From the NCBI RefSeq assembly GCF_009914755.1, contig NC_060937.1: 64,000 nucleotides of DNA; one strand, written 5' to 3'. The DNA comes from the human T2T-CHM13v2.0 reference genome, Homo sapiens. Of the stretch, positions 62,608 to 64,000 are shown piece by piece. The notes beneath the pieces are model-generated. The model was not told the DNA's origin. It made no database searches and saw only the letters and a program-made list of their open reading frames with translations. Each line of letters opens with the position of its first letter. Positions within the stretch are counted from its first letter, which is position 1. Both the position numbers and the translations under genes were made by a program.

Positions 62608-63061
62608 TTTATTCATTTCCTAGAACTGCCATAACAAATATACACAAATAAGTTGGCTTAAAACAACAGAAATTTATTCTTTCATGATTCTGGAGGCAGA
62701 AGTCTGAAATCCAGGTGTCTGTGGGGTTGGTTACTTCTGGAGGCTCTGAGGATGACTCTATTCCATGTTTCTCTTCAAGCTCTTCGTGGCTGGTGGCACT
62801 TTTTGGTGTTCCTTATCTTGTAGACCCATGATTTCAATTTGTGCTGCTGTCTTCAAATTGCCGTTTCCTTTGTGTTTGTCTTTTCTTTTAATTATAAGGA
62901 CACTTGTTACTGGATTTAGGGCCCACACAGTAATCCAGCATCATCTCGTCTCAAGATCCTCAATGTAATTACATGTGCAAAGACCTTTTTCCCACACACG
63001 GTCACATGTGTAGGCTTCAAGTGGACATATCTTTGTGCGTGGGGGTCACCAATCTACTACA
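62608..63061 (-). mobile_element. MLT1C-like solo LTR
   Basis: ctgccataacaaa...ggcttaaaacaacagaaatttattct...tataaggacacttg...gatttagggcccac...ctactaca. Confidence 0.9.
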
Positions 63062-63167
63062 GCCTCAAAATGTATTAAAGTCAGTTCTGAGTTTCTTAGG
63101 AAACTATGTCTAAAATATTTACTTAAATGAGAATGAGTTGAATCATTTATCAAAAATGCAAATTTCT

Positions 63168-63472
<305 letters not shown>

Positions 63473-64000
63473 CTATTTCCCAGATATCTGATTGAGTAGT
63501 TGAATGGCTAGTATGTGAGTATTCAGCAAGCACCACAGGTATTTCTGATATAGGTAATCCTTACATAAATTTTTGAGAAACATAGCAGACTAATATTTGA
63601 GGTGGCTGAATAAAATATTTTTCTCAAACTTCACTTTAGTAAAAGGAAAAGCACATCATATCTATATGAAATTATATTTTAATACTTTTCAAAAGGGATT
63701 TAAGAGGTTTTTAATTTTGAAAACTGATTAGTCAACCAAAATGTTGAGTAAATATTCATCAAAATAAACCATTTGAAAGATTATATTACAAAATTAATTA
63801 TTTTTCTTCCAATTCTTTTTTTTTTTTTTTGAGAAAGCAAAATAAAACTTGAAAGCATTTAGCAGTGACTGGGAAAGAAAAGGCAAATGCATTAGAGTAC
63901 AGAATTTGGGACTGTCTCTATTTTGCCTGTTTCCATTGGCTCCCATCATCATGCTTTTATTTCAGATCTTGTCCTGTATTTGGATCTTTCTCAGGGCCAG

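Noticed and set aside
63950-64000. Possible splice acceptor ttttatttcag near the window end (similar ones near 28737 and 48589)
   Set aside because: Polypyrimidine-AG motifs are frequent, and no matching donor or coding frame could be shown.

Overview
AT-rich, repeat-dense primate genomic DNA, almost certainly human: it carries an AluYb8 with the diagnostic 7-bp duplication and a perfect TSD at 5966-6305. I found no credible host protein-coding exon, RNA gene or CpG island. The supplied ORFs map to Alu, L1, MaLR/ERVL or simple-repeat sequence, or are short chance ORFs. The window is intergenic or deep-intronic. It contains about 14 Alus, many L1/L2/L3/MIR fragments, two full-length MaLR (THE1-type) proviruses, numerous solo LTRs (THE1, MST, MLT1, MLT2, MER21, MER9, LTR47), a degraded LTR52/ERVL provirus and a few DNA-transposon fossils. 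I cannot support a previously undescribed biological system. The most unusual structure is a local template-switch-like rearrangement cluster at the 3' end of the ERVL remnant: a ~205-bp direct duplication, a fold-back insertion and an 82-bp inverted copy ~1.9 kb away. Other notable items are a frameshift-free MaLR internal ORF, a multi-level TE nest with intact TSDs, a possible short L1 3' transduction and a young, possibly polymorphic AluYb8. Subfamily names come from recalled consensus motifs, not from a search, and need RepeatMasker/Dfam confirmation.
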